Origin: a candidate division WOR-3 bacterium | GTDB taxonomy: Bacteria > Hydrothermota > Tepidihabitantia > Tepidihabitantales > Tepidihabitantaceae | Assembly: GCA_965649295.1 (NCBI GenBank) | Contig: CBFGKH010000005.1 | Span: forward strand, 32,001-96,000 | Length of the DNA stretch: 64,000 nucleotides | Direction: 5' to 3' | Made by a program: the position numbers and the translations under genes | In this document: in pieces, positions 46,285 through 56,428 of the stretch | Layout of the letters: each line of letters begins with the position of its first letter | Numbering within the stretch: the stretch's first letter is position 1 | The notes under the pieces: model-generated | Database searches by the model: none | What the model was told of the DNA's origin: nothing | Seen by the model: only the letters and a program-made list of their open reading frames with translations

Positions 46285-48009
46285 ATGCGTAATGTGCTGA
46301 TGGTCATGCTGCTTGTGCCGATGATGGCACTGGCGGTGGCAACACGACCAATGACCTCGCTGCCGGAGAGTGGTATCCTGCCACCGGCGCAGCCCGCTGG
46401 TGATGTCCGGCAGACGCCTAAGGCGTCTGTGCCGCTCGTAGGCAGGGTTGATACGGTCGGCGGTACCACCTATGACTGGTGGTATAATGGGGCTTGCTGG
46501 CGTCAGCTAGCCAACACGCCCGGATATGGTTTGCACGCAACCTGGATGTACTCGCAGGATGTGGCAAGCACGGCTTTCCCGGACCGGAACATGCGCTACA
46601 ACTTCTACGACTACTCGACGAACTCGTGGATGTGGATTGATCCTGATTACATGCAGTCTGGGGTCAACGTTTTTGTTGAAAGGTCCGGATATGGCAATCT
46701 TAGCGCCGACAGGACAACCGGCTGCGCAGTGATTGGCCGGCACACCACTGCTGGTAGTGGTGTTATGCACGCTGAGATGGCGCGGGATATCGCACCGGGC
46801 GCTGGCATCTTCGAGTATGCAAATGGCGGTGGGGTCACGAACAACTACCAATGGCCACCGCTGGCTGTTGGCAGCGATGGTGTGATTCACCAATTCATGA
46901 TTACGGCGACCTACTCGCTTGCCTATTCGAAGGTTCAGAACTGGCCAACGTATCAACCGCTTTTTACGACTGGCTGGGACCCAGGGACGACATTCCCAAC
47001 CCACAATATTGCGGCGTCGCGCGTGAGTCCGAAGGTTGCTTGTACCTGGACCGAGAACAGTGACCCGATCGACTACGGTTGTTTGCGTATATCTGAAGAC
47101 GGCGGCGCGACGTGGGGAACGACAATCAGACTCACTCCACCGCGTGTGTTCCGCGGCGATACTGTCGCCTCCTGGCATATAACTTCGCTCTTCCCTTTCT
47201 ACGATCAGAACGATCAGCTTCACATTGTCGGCAACGTCATGCCGGTCATAAACGACACTGGTTACATCATTCCGTCAGTGATCGTTCATTACTTCAATGG
47301 GACATACACGACTATCCACCGTGCCGGCTGCGATCCGAACAACCTGCAGGCGGCTGTCGGTTACAATGCCACCTATGCCTGTCGGCCGAGCATGGGCGAG
47401 GACTACGAGGGTAACCTGTTTGTTGCCTGGGAGCAGTTTGACTCGGCCAATGTCGAACCATTGACCTCGGTGCTGCGGGCTGACATCTTTGTTGCCGGTT
47501 CGCGTGACAACGGCGTTACCTGGTCGCCGGCGTTGAAGATAACCGACGCGGGCACACGCTCGAACCGTTTCCCGACTATCACCGACTGGGTTGACGAGTC
47601 GAACAACGTTCATATCCTCTACGAGAATGACCAGACTGCCGGTTTCTGGGTTCAGAACGAGCATCCCGGCCAAATCAATCCGGTCTTTGTCCACACTGTG
47701 CCCAAGAGTCTGATAATCGGTATTGCTGAAGGCGGTTCAGCAACGCCGGCGCGCGTTGAGCTTTCGGTCACGCCGAATCCGGTGCAGAATCGGGCGTCGA
47801 TTTCGTATGCGGTGCCAAGGGCCGGCACAGTTTCGCTCGTGCTCTACGACGCTGCTGGCCGTCCGGTTCAGACGCTGGTTAACGGTACTAAGGCAGCGGG
47901 TCGCTACACTGCAACGCTCGACGCCAGCAGATTGGTTAACGGCGTCTACTTCTACACACTTACGACTGGCGGCAACTCGCTGAGCAATAAGCTCACGGTT
48001 ACGCACTGA
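46285..48009 (+). CDS. Secreted Asp-box beta-propeller protein with T9SS type A-like C-terminal domain
   Basis: Signal peptide; Asp boxes SEDGGATW and SRDNGVTW; CTD VTPNPV...LYDAAGRPVQTL...NGVYFYTL...KLTV; AGGAGG before ATG 46285. Confidence 0.82.
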   Translation: MRNVLMVMLLVPMMALAVATRPMTSLPESGILPPAQPAGDVRQTPKASVPLVGRVDTVGGTTYDWWYNGACWRQLANTPGYGLHATWMYSQDVASTAFPDRNMRYNFYDYSTNSWMWIDPDYMQSGVNVFVERSGYGNLSADRTTGCAVIGRHTTAGSGVMHAEMARDIAPGAGIFEYANGGGVTNNYQWPPLAVGSDGVIHQFMITATYSLAYSKVQNWPTYQPLFTTGWDPGTTFPTHNIAASRVSPKVACTWTENSDPIDYGCLRISEDGGATWGTTIRLTPPRVFRGDTVASWHITSLFPFYDQNDQLHIVGNVMPVINDTGYIIPSVIVHYFNGTYTTIHRAGCDPNNLQAAVGYNATYACRPSMGEDYEGNLFVAWEQFDSANVEPLTSVLRADIFVAGSRDNGVTWSPALKITDAGTRSNRFPTITDWVDESNNVHILYENDQTAGFWVQNEHPGQINPVFVHTVPKSLIIGIAEGGSATPARVELSVTPNPVQNRASISYAVPRAGTVSLVLYDAAGRPVQTLVNGTKAAGRYTATLDASRLVNGVYFYTLTTGGNSLSNKLTVTH

Positions 48010-48017
48010 CCGCTACC

Positions 48018-48048
48018 GCGGGGCGGGCAGTCATTTTGCCCGCCCCGC
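48018..48048 (+). terminator. Hairpin after the CTD protein gene (terminator or mRNA stabiliser)
   Basis: 12-bp stem GCGGGGCGGGCA / TGCCCGCCCCGC followed by ACTTTGGTT. Confidence 0.7.
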
Positions 48049-48122
48049 ACTTTGGTTGTGAACAAGCTTCGTGGTCGTACGGCCACGCACGCATTTTCCC
48101 ACCCAGAACAACCCAAGGAGGC

Positions 48123-49214
48123 ATGATGCGCATCCTGCGGCCTTTTTTTCAATCGAAGTGCCAGACATGCGCGGTCACCTTGCCGTTAACGGTCATCACC
48201 GCCGTCTCCATTCTAGTCGGCGGCTGCGGTACCGAACCACCGGCAGACTGGCAGTGGTGGTCGAGCGCTGACAGCAGCGCGGTTCGTGCAGAGCTGGCCC
48301 GCTGGCGTAATACCATTGACATGCGTCAGGCATTGGTTGATACGTTGCGATTGAATCTATCGCTGCCACTAGTATTTACTGACAGTTCTTCAGCGAGCGG
48401 CGAAACTCTCTACAAGTTTAAGCACCTTCTGGCGGTTTGGACTGATATTGATACGGTCGGTCATTACGATGGCTATCTCTTTGGCCGTACCAACGACACT
48501 GTCGCGATGACTGACACCTTCTGTCAGGTCAGTTTCTGCGACACGGTGCGGGCGGCGCGGCTCCATTTCCGCTATGATAGCCTGTGGGTAGTCGGCTATC
48601 GTCCAGACACCATTGTGGACACGACTCGCACGCCGCCGGAGACATCCATCGTCTATGTTGCTAGCTATACCGGGGCGCGGGGATTCAGTGAACCACAAGT
48701 TTTCGTGCGGAGCTACGACTGGACCGCCCGGCGGCTACTGCATTTCAGCAAGACGCCGGGAGTAGCCGAATATCTACTGCGGAGACTGACGGGCTGTGCG
48801 ATGCTTGTTCCGACTCCGCAGGATGCACCGAGCATTACTTGGGTTACGTTGGCTCGTCCCGGCCAGGTTGATACTTTCTTCTATTCCCCTCGGCCGGCAC
48901 CAGATTTGCGGGGCCTCTACAATCTTCGTCATGTTGATTCGCTGTACACAATTGGCCAGAACGAGCAGTTTGATATTACGTTTGTGACTAGTGGTGATTC
49001 GATGACCGATCGTGAACGGTTCTATGTCTGTGTAAACGGGCTGAAGAGAGACATCACGACCGGACCAAAGCGTGGCAGCGGTACAATCAGCATTGCCGAT
49101 ACCGGCTACCAGCACATCTATGTGCAGGCGGTCTCGCTATCCGGTATCACGACTACGGTTAGCACCTACAAGACTTCCTGCTGGGCGATTCCAGTTAGAG
49201 TCACGCCGCGGTGA
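48123..49214 (+). CDS. Hypothetical lipoprotein
   Basis: AAGGAGG SD; lipobox ILVGGC; remote similarity to 40190-41035. Confidence 0.78.
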   Translation: MMRILRPFFQSKCQTCAVTLPLTVITAVSILVGGCGTEPPADWQWWSSADSSAVRAELARWRNTIDMRQALVDTLRLNLSLPLVFTDSSSASGETLYKFKHLLAVWTDIDTVGHYDGYLFGRTNDTVAMTDTFCQVSFCDTVRAARLHFRYDSLWVVGYRPDTIVDTTRTPPETSIVYVASYTGARGFSEPQVFVRSYDWTARRLLHFSKTPGVAEYLLRRLTGCAMLVPTPQDAPSITWVTLARPGQVDTFFYSPRPAPDLRGLYNLRHVDSLYTIGQNEQFDITFVTSGDSMTDRERFYVCVNGLKRDITTGPKRGSGTISIADTGYQHIYVQAVSLSGITTTVSTYKTSCWAIPVRVTPR

Positions 49215-49225
49215 TTGGAGGTCAA

Positions 49226-52033
49226 ATGAAAGCCAAACTCAATCAGTTTACGGGGGTTCTACCAGCAGTGTTTGTCTTGCTCGGTCTCGCTGGAACTGCC
49301 GTTGCGGCTGAAACTGGGCGTATCCGCGGCCGAGTGTTTGATGCGGCGACTGGTGAGCCGCTGGTCGGTGCAAGTGTTGTGATTGAGGGCACGGACCTCG
49401 GCGCAGCAACTGATGCCAATGGTGAATACCTGATCGTCAATGTGCCGGTCGGGCGAGTAACGCTGGTAGTATCCTACATCAGCTACTCGACGGTCCGTAG
49501 GGCTGACGTTCCGGTTCTGCTTGACCAGACCGTTACCGAGAGTTTCGCTCTGCGGGTGGGTGCAATTCCGATGAACGAGGTTGTTGCCACCTCGCGGCGG
49601 GCAGCGATCGTTAGGACCGACCCGACTACCAGCCGCTATATGGGCAGCGAGGAGATTGCCAAGATGCCGGTGCAGACGCTGGCTGACATCGTTCGGCTCC
49701 AGGCGGGTATTGTCAGCAGTCAGGGATCAGGTCTGGACGCAGGCCTCCATCTGCGCGGTGGTCGGACAAACGAGGTGATGTACTACGTTGATGGTGTTGG
49801 GACATCGGATCCTCTCTACGGTTATCAGGCAGCACGTGTCAATCCTGAGGCGACCGCCGAAGTCGTTGTTATCGCTGGTGGTTTTGACGCCGAATACGGT
49901 GAGGCAATGTCTGGCATCATTCAAGTAATAACTAAGGAGGGTAAGGACGTCTTCTCGGGCCGACTTGGTTACACGACCGACGAGTTTCTCCCGAACGCGC
50001 TGAATTTCGGCGACAACCGGCTCGAACTCTCATTGGGTGGTCCCTTTCCCGCAATTCGAAGACTGCGGTACTTCCTGTCGGGCGAGCTATACGCTACTGA
50101 TGATTACAACCCGATGCGATATCGGTTAAAGCACCAGCAGCGCGAGGACTACAAGTTGACTGGCAAGCTGACCTACTCGCTTCCGATCAATCAGGGGCTA
50201 CGGCTTAGTGCTGACGGTTTTCTCGCTCGCGAACAATATGAACTCTATCCTTATGTCAGGGATGACGAGAACCATCTCGGATTCAAGTACAATTTGGACC
50301 ACTTTCTGTCGCGTCGCGAGAAAGTGGTCAAGATTGGCATTTCCGCTAACCATATGCTGACGCGTCAAACCTACTACACTGCCAGGTTGGGGTACTTCTT
50401 CAATGAGCGAGTTCAGGCGGTCAGGGATTTGGAGCGAGAGGCTACCGCGCCGCGGGGATTCTTTGGTGACTATATCTTCAAGGCAGAAGATACGGTTCGT
50501 AAGGATCCTTCAGTGCTTTACCGACGAATGCCAGACTACGTCGAGCAGGCCAAGGACAACACTAACAACCCATTTGGTGTCTTCAACCTCTTCTACGGCA
50601 AGGGCGATTATCGTGGTTTCCTGCTGCACTGGTCTGATGTTACCACTTTGAAGGGCGATATCACTCATAACATCGGCAAGGTACACGAACTGAAGACGGG
50701 CGCTGAGGTGAGGCTAAACGGCCTTCATCGGCGTTATAACTCACTGCCATGGACTGACGACCCATTTGTCGATTCCTATGACTACTACCCGACAAATGTT
50801 GCTTTCTTTGCTCAAGATAGGATGGACTTCGAGGACCTGGTCGTCCGCGCCGGCTTGCGGCTCGACTATCTGGATCCGGCGGCAATGAAGCGTGCTAACC
50901 CCACTGATATCGGTGATACGAGTATGGTGGCGGCAAAGACGAAGCTGAAGCTATCGCCGCGGCTGGGCGTTTCTTTTCCAATCACCACCAGTACCAAGTT
51001 CCGTTTCAGCTATGGCCACTTCTATCAGACGCCTGCCTATCGTTTTCTCTACGATAATATATCTTCGGCTGCCTACACGCGCGGAAACCAGATTATTGGC
51101 AATCCGGACCTGCAAGCACAACAGACCGTTGCCTATGAACTCGGGTTGGAGCAACAGGTAACCGAATTGGTTATCGCTGATTTCACCGCCTATTACAAAG
51201 ATGTGTTCGACTTACTGGGAACACGCTATCAGCCTGCGGTTCCCCTTGGTTACTATCCGCTGGTCAATGAGGAATACGGTAGTGTGCGCGGTTTTGAGGT
51301 GGGCCTGCAGAAGCTGCTGGCCAACTACTGGAATGCGCGAGTTTCCTATGGTCTGTCACTTGCTCGCGGCACTGCGTCGTCAACCTATGAGTGGTACTAC
51401 GAGCGTTACCGCTACGGAACTGACCCGGTCACTGGTCAACAGATGGAGCCGCCGCGTCGAGACTATGCTCTGGAATTCGATGAGCGGCATAACGCAAAGG
51501 TGTCAGTTGGGCTTGATTTGCCGTCTGACTTTGGTTTTGCACCGTTGCGCGACCTCTCTGGTTCCATCTTGTTCAATTATGGCTCGGGGCTTCCTTACAC
51601 GCCGCTAGAAGTACGCAAGCTCAACTCCGGACGCCCGACCGGCGAACGCAATTCGGCGAGGATGCCGCCGCGTTTCCAAGCCGACTTGAATGCCGCGAAG
51701 TTCGTTCCAATCGGGCGCTTGCGGCTGGGACTGAATCTGACCGTCATTAATCTGATGGGAACTGAGAACGTCGAATGGGTTTACGGCGCGACGGGACTGC
51801 CTGACGATGATGGTTATGCCGCGACTCTCTCGCCCGCCAATTGGGCGGTAGGTTCGCGTATCACGAGCCTTTCAAGTCAATACCACCCTGCGCGGGACCG
51901 AAATCACGATGGCTACATCAGTGCGGAAGAGGAGTATGTTAGTTACAAGGTTGCCTACCTCGACTTTGTCAACAATCCAATGAATTTCGGCCCACCGCGT
52001 CAGGTTAAGGTCGGTATTACCTTAGAGTTCTAG
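49226..52033 (+). CDS. TonB-dependent receptor with N-terminal carboxypeptidase-regulatory-like domain
   Basis: GRIRGRVFDAATGEPLVGASV; plug LRGGR...GGFDAEYGEAMSGII; LSPRLGVSFPI; GNPDL; C-terminal GITLEF. Confidence 0.93.
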   Translation: MKAKLNQFTGVLPAVFVLLGLAGTAVAAETGRIRGRVFDAATGEPLVGASVVIEGTDLGAATDANGEYLIVNVPVGRVTLVVSYISYSTVRRADVPVLLDQTVTESFALRVGAIPMNEVVATSRRAAIVRTDPTTSRYMGSEEIAKMPVQTLADIVRLQAGIVSSQGSGLDAGLHLRGGRTNEVMYYVDGVGTSDPLYGYQAARVNPEATAEVVVIAGGFDAEYGEAMSGIIQVITKEGKDVFSGRLGYTTDEFLPNALNFGDNRLELSLGGPFPAIRRLRYFLSGELYATDDYNPMRYRLKHQQREDYKLTGKLTYSLPINQGLRLSADGFLAREQYELYPYVRDDENHLGFKYNLDHFLSRREKVVKIGISANHMLTRQTYYTARLGYFFNERVQAVRDLEREATAPRGFFGDYIFKAEDTVRKDPSVLYRRMPDYVEQAKDNTNNPFGVFNLFYGKGDYRGFLLHWSDVTTLKGDITHNIGKVHELKTGAEVRLNGLHRRYNSLPWTDDPFVDSYDYYPTNVAFFAQDRMDFEDLVVRAGLRLDYLDPAAMKRANPTDIGDTSMVAAKTKLKLSPRLGVSFPITTSTKFRFSYGHFYQTPAYRFLYDNISSAAYTRGNQIIGNPDLQAQQTVAYELGLEQQVTELVIADFTAYYKDVFDLLGTRYQPAVPLGYYPLVNEEYGSVRGFEVGLQKLLANYWNARVSYGLSLARGTASSTYEWYYERYRYGTDPVTGQQMEPPRRDYALEFDERHNAKVSVGLDLPSDFGFAPLRDLSGSILFNYGSGLPYTPLEVRKLNSGRPTGERNSARMPPRFQADLNAAKFVPIGRLRLGLNLTVINLMGTENVEWVYGATGLPDDDGYAATLSPANWAVGSRITSLSSQYHPARDRNHDGYISAEEEYVSYKVAYLDFVNNPMNFGPPRQVKVGITLEF

Positions 52034-52042
52034 GGAGGCGAG

Positions 52043-55000
52043 ATGAGAGTTAGCAGAATGGCTGCTCACCGGCAGATTCTATCACTCGCGCTGATAGTTG
52101 GATTGGCGAGCATAGCTACCGCACGGACTGCCGGTAACCCGTGGCGACCACCAAGGGTATTGGACTATCGTTCGTATCAGAAGAACCAGTGGCGGTTACC
52201 GATCACGAACTACGGAACATTCGGTTACGGTGTGAACGAGGGTGGCGGCGAGTGGCCCGCAGGCTCAGGAGACATCTACATTTACGGTGCCGGTATCTGG
52301 ATTGGTTCGCTTCGTCGTTCGACTGCTGGTCGCGATACGCTTGTCACCTTCGGTTACAACCCGAACTCGGGGGCGACAGAAATGTCGCCGGGCGCTTACG
52401 ACAATGCGCCAGGTGGTTATGCCGGCCGCGACTTTGAGCGAGTGTATGTGTACCCCAATGACTGGCCACCGAACCCGCTTGACTTTCCCAGCGCGTTGCA
52501 GGACTCAGTCGCGACCTATTTGCGTTTGCCACCAAATCTCGACGACACCATTTACTTCTATTTCGTTCCGCGTGCGGCAGTCTCATCGGGTGATGCTTGG
52601 GCGGTGTACAATGACAGAGATCCCGCTCGGCACGTCGCTGGACGAACACCACGCCCGCTGGGAATCGAGGTATATCAGAGCATATACTCCTGGACGCTGC
52701 CCTGGAACAAGGATATCGTCTTTTTCAAACTTGACATCAGAAACCGATCGGCTGACACACTACGTGATGTCTATCTTGGGATGGTTTGTGACCCCGATGT
52801 CGGCCAGGCCCAGGATGACCGTGCTGGGCTTTGCCTTGCTAAATACGTCTATAAGGACGACGCCAGGTCGGACTCAGTTTATGCTGACAATCTCGGTTAC
52901 GTCTGGAGCACAGAACCATCACCAGCCGGATTTGTTGGGTTCGACTTTCTCCAAAGTCCATTTTGGCGCGACCAGAATGGCAGGATGCGAGAAGTTGCTC
53001 CGAAACCAGGAAACGACAGCATCTATCCCAACGGCCGAGATGACAACGACAACGGCTTGGTTGATGAACCGGCAGAGGGCCGACAGCTAGGAATGACCGC
53101 GTTCAAGATTTTCGCACTCTCAAATGACCCAACGACCGATGCAAAACAATACCAGGCCCTGGCTGGTTACGACTGGAATCAGTCACCGCCGGTTTATAAC
53201 CCATACGATTCGACTGATGCTGCTCCCGATGACAAACGATTCTTGCAGGCGACTGGGCCAGTGAGTCTCGCACCGGGCGAGATGACGACCGTGACCATTG
53301 CCGTTATTGGTGCTGTTGCCGATAGAACTGGCAGTCCTAGCACTTGGCCCTACTACCTTGCTCTTGCCTCACGAGCAGCACAGAATGCCTACGATAACAA
53401 CTGGATAATGCCTGAACCGCCACCAAGCCCGAACCTGACGACAATTCCTGGCGACGGCAGGGTGACGTTAGTCTGGGATGACCTACCCGAAAGTGCCAGG
53501 GACCGTTTCTATCCCTTGGCCCCGTCGCTCAACAGCCCCTTCTACCGCGAACAGGACTTCCAGGGCTACAAGGTCTATCGTAGTCGTACTGGTCAACCTG
53601 GTTCTTGGCAGCTTCTTGCTCAGTATGATCGCGCCGACGGGATTGTCTGGCAGGATACGAGTGTAGTCGAGTCGCTACGCACCAAGGCGACTGATGTCGG
53701 ACTGGCCTACAGTCTTGTTGACTCGAGCAGCTTGAGATTGGGCTTCCCGTACTACTACGCCGTGACCTCCTTCGATATCAACTTTCTTGGTGTTGATACA
53801 GTGGGCTCAGTTACTGTTCCGCGCGAGACGCTGTCGCTTGAATCAGGTCAGAGTGCAGTTCGAGCCGTACCCCGCACGCAACCAGCCAACTACATCGCCC
53901 CCGCGACTGAGGTCGTTCAGGTAGCTGGCAGTGATCGTCAGAATCGAATCCTCACCTTTGAGCCGTTGGCCTTGATTCCTCATGCCGTCAGGGATGATAC
54001 TTTCCGATTCCGTTTCCTGCCTGCTGTGTATGATTCGGTCCAACGCGCTCCGCGCTATCGGTTTTCCGTCACCAATGCCGCCGGCGAAACCATCGTGCCA
54101 CTTCAGCAGACAACGGTTATAATCAGCGATACTGCTACTGACACGCGGCGTTTTGTGCCGACACGATTTGACTCGGTGATTACCTTCCTCAAGGAGGAGA
54201 CGGTACTGGTCGTGCGGGAAGGCGTACAGGTAGAGTCGGTTTACACCGAAACAACCAAAGCCTGGCTGCCAGTTGCGCAGGTGACCGTGACGCTGCGGAT
54301 GCGTCAGATACCGACACAGTTCTTCGACCGGGTTGTCGTCAGTGGTCGCTATCCGCGGGACTCGGTGCAGTTACGTGATGACGGAGCGTCGTCGAAGGTG
54401 CTCTGGGCATACCGTGGCTCAAACTATCGTATCGTTTGGCGTGAAAAGGGCGGTGGCAGTAGTGCGCTGACTTGTGACGTTTACGACATTGACAATGATG
54501 TGGCAGTGCCTTACGGCGGCTTGCCGAGTATGTCGCCAGCAGAATCGATCGTCCGAGACCGCGCCAACGGCTGGTCGTTTCAGACAGCGACCGCGGGCGC
54601 CGACACGCTGCTGCCTGGTCAGACGCGATTCTTCTACATCTGCGGCTGTCGTTTTCAGTTCCGTCCCGGTGCTCGGCCGATAATTGACACGGTCCTGCCG
54701 GCGCCAGGCGATACTTGGCTGGTCTACAACAAGGACCTGAACCCTGCGCCCGTTTATGCGGCTTTCGACGTTGTTTTCCGCAAGATGGCTTATGCTGATA
54801 CGGCCCAGCGATTGAATGTTAAGGTCGTCCCCAATCCCTACCTGGTCCGTAACGAATGGGAGCGACACCGGGATTTTCGAAAGCTGAAGTTCATCAATTT
54901 GCCAGACCACTGCACGATTCGGATCTATAATCTTGCCGGCGATTTGGTTCGTACACTGACTCACGATGCCACGAGTCCGGCTGTTGGTGGCCAACCCAAC

Positions 55001-55129
55001 CAGTACGGTGGTGATGAGGATTGGGACCTGCTCAACGAAAGCCGGCAGAAGCCGGCGCCCGGAGTATACATCTTCCACGTCCAGTCAGAGCAGGGTAGCC
55101 AGACCGGCAAGTTCGTTCTCATATTCTAG
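52043..55129 (+). CDS. Large secreted protein with FN3-like region and C-terminal FlgD-Ig/CTD-like domain
   Basis: Signal peptide; PPSPNLTTIPGDGRVTLVWD...DFQGYKVYRS...YYYAVTSFD; VKVVPNPY...FINLP...IRIYNLAGDLV...WDL...PGVYIFHV. Confidence 0.8.
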   Translation: MRVSRMAAHRQILSLALIVGLASIATARTAGNPWRPPRVLDYRSYQKNQWRLPITNYGTFGYGVNEGGGEWPAGSGDIYIYGAGIWIGSLRRSTAGRDTLVTFGYNPNSGATEMSPGAYDNAPGGYAGRDFERVYVYPNDWPPNPLDFPSALQDSVATYLRLPPNLDDTIYFYFVPRAAVSSGDAWAVYNDRDPARHVAGRTPRPLGIEVYQSIYSWTLPWNKDIVFFKLDIRNRSADTLRDVYLGMVCDPDVGQAQDDRAGLCLAKYVYKDDARSDSVYADNLGYVWSTEPSPAGFVGFDFLQSPFWRDQNGRMREVAPKPGNDSIYPNGRDDNDNGLVDEPAEGRQLGMTAFKIFALSNDPTTDAKQYQALAGYDWNQSPPVYNPYDSTDAAPDDKRFLQATGPVSLAPGEMTTVTIAVIGAVADRTGSPSTWPYYLALASRAAQNAYDNNWIMPEPPPSPNLTTIPGDGRVTLVWDDLPESARDRFYPLAPSLNSPFYREQDFQGYKVYRSRTGQPGSWQLLAQYDRADGIVWQDTSVVESLRTKATDVGLAYSLVDSSSLRLGFPYYYAVTSFDINFLGVDTVGSVTVPRETLSLESGQSAVRAVPRTQPANYIAPATEVVQVAGSDRQNRILTFEPLALIPHAVRDDTFRFRFLPAVYDSVQRAPRYRFSVTNAAGETIVPLQQTTVIISDTATDTRRFVPTRFDSVITFLKEETVLVVREGVQVESVYTETTKAWLPVAQVTVTLRMRQIPTQFFDRVVVSGRYPRDSVQLRDDGASSKVLWAYRGSNYRIVWREKGGGSSALTCDVYDIDNDVAVPYGGLPSMSPAESIVRDRANGWSFQTATAGADTLLPGQTRFFYICGCRFQFRPGARPIIDTVLPAPGDTWLVYNKDLNPAPVYAAFDVVFRKMAYADTAQRLNVKVVPNPYLVRNEWERHRDFRKLKFINLPDHCTIRIYNLAGDLVRTLTHDATSPAVGGQPNQYGGDEDWDLLNESRQKPAPGVYIFHVQSEQGSQTGKFVLIF

Positions 55130-55138
55130 GAGGCGGCC

Positions 55139-56206
55139 ATGAAACTGATCAGAAACTGTTTGTTACCGAGGACCAGTCGTTGTTGCCAGGGGGTAGTAAC
55201 AGCCTTGCTTTTGGCCTTGTTTGTTGCTCCGGCTGAGGCAGCCTTTACCAAGATCGGTATGGCCGGTATGCCGTTCCTCAAGATTGGTGTTGGCCGCTGC
55301 GCTGGAATGGGCGACGCGTTCGTTGCGATTGCTGATGATGCGTCAGCTGCATACTGGAATCCTGCCGGGCTAGCCCTGATCCAGAGCCGTCAGGCTGTAT
55401 TCAATCATGTCGATTGGCTTGCCGATATCAACCACGAGTTTATCGCGCTTGTAATGCCTACCACGGCTGGAAGCTTTGGGGCGGCAGTGACGGCTGTAGA
55501 CCTTGGTCAGTTCGAACAAACAACGATCAACGAACCCCAGGGGACAGGCGTCACTTTTCGTGGTTCGGATATTTGCATTGGTGTCAGCTATGCGCGGCAA
55601 TTCACTGACAAGCTGGCGTTCGGCGTCACTGCCAAAGTCCTGTCTGAGCAGATATGGAGTGTTGGCGCAACAGGTGCGGCGTTCGATTTTGGTCTGCTCT
55701 ACAACACAGGCTGGCGCAATCTCCGTTTAGGAATGGCTGTCGCCAATTTTGGCCCGGACATGCATTACTCTGGCGACTTGCTCAACTTTACGCACGACCC
55801 GGCCGATTGGGACTGGCCTTGGACACGAGAGCCTATCCCCGGTACCTATCTGACCGAGTCGTGTGCTTTGCCGGTAGTGTTCCGATTCGGACTCGCTTAT
55901 GACTTCTTGCGCAATGATCATTCCTACCTGACCGCCGCGGCTGACCTCAACCATTTCAACGACGTGAACGAGAAAGTCAATTTCGGCATCGAGTATTACT
56001 ACAATCCACTCTATCTTCGTACCGGCTATGTCCTCAATACAGACTTCGGTTATGCAGGGGACATCGGCTGGTCGTCCGGTCTTTCGGCCGGTGCTGGGTT
56101 CAGGGTCCGGCCCTTGAGCAGATTCGGTATTAGTCTTGACTACGACTATCGAAACGTTGGTCTGCTGGGAGTGTCGCATCGGCTGACGCTGAGCTTCGAT
56201 TTCTAG
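55139..56206 (+). CDS. PorV/PorQ (UPF0164-like) outer-membrane beta-barrel
   Basis: FLKIGVGRCAGMGDAFVAIADDASAAYWNPAGL; C-terminal HRLTLSFDF. Confidence 0.85.
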   Translation: MKLIRNCLLPRTSRCCQGVVTALLLALFVAPAEAAFTKIGMAGMPFLKIGVGRCAGMGDAFVAIADDASAAYWNPAGLALIQSRQAVFNHVDWLADINHEFIALVMPTTAGSFGAAVTAVDLGQFEQTTINEPQGTGVTFRGSDICIGVSYARQFTDKLAFGVTAKVLSEQIWSVGATGAAFDFGLLYNTGWRNLRLGMAVANFGPDMHYSGDLLNFTHDPADWDWPWTREPIPGTYLTESCALPVVFRFGLAYDFLRNDHSYLTAAADLNHFNDVNEKVNFGIEYYYNPLYLRTGYVLNTDFGYAGDIGWSSGLSAGAGFRVRPLSRFGISLDYDYRNVGLLGVSHRLTLSFDF

Positions 56207-56304
56207 CGGCTGCATCGTCTCGTACCCGGTCCCCGATGAGTACATCGGGCCGGGTGCGGTTTGACTACGAGCTTCATGGGGCTAGTATATTTTTGGTGTT
56301 CTAC

Positions 56305-56399
56305 GGAGGCGTATGGGTGCTGGTGTGCCTGGCGGACTTCAAATCCGTGTGGTCTGCGATAAGTGGACCGGTAGGTTCGATTCCTACACGCCTCCGCCA
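56305..56399 (+). tRNA. selC: tRNA-Sec(TCA)
   Basis: 8-bp acceptor GGAGGCGT/ACGCCTCC, anticodon arm GCGGACTTCAAATCCGT, long variable arm, T arm GTAGGTTCGATTCCTAC, GCCA end. Confidence 0.95.
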
Positions 56400-56428
56400 G
56401 TTCTCGTAACAAACAGACGAAGGAAAGA

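Noticed and set aside
52242..53090. 282-aa alternative-frame ORF
   Set aside because: Nested out of frame in the 1028-aa gene, with no motifs or SD.
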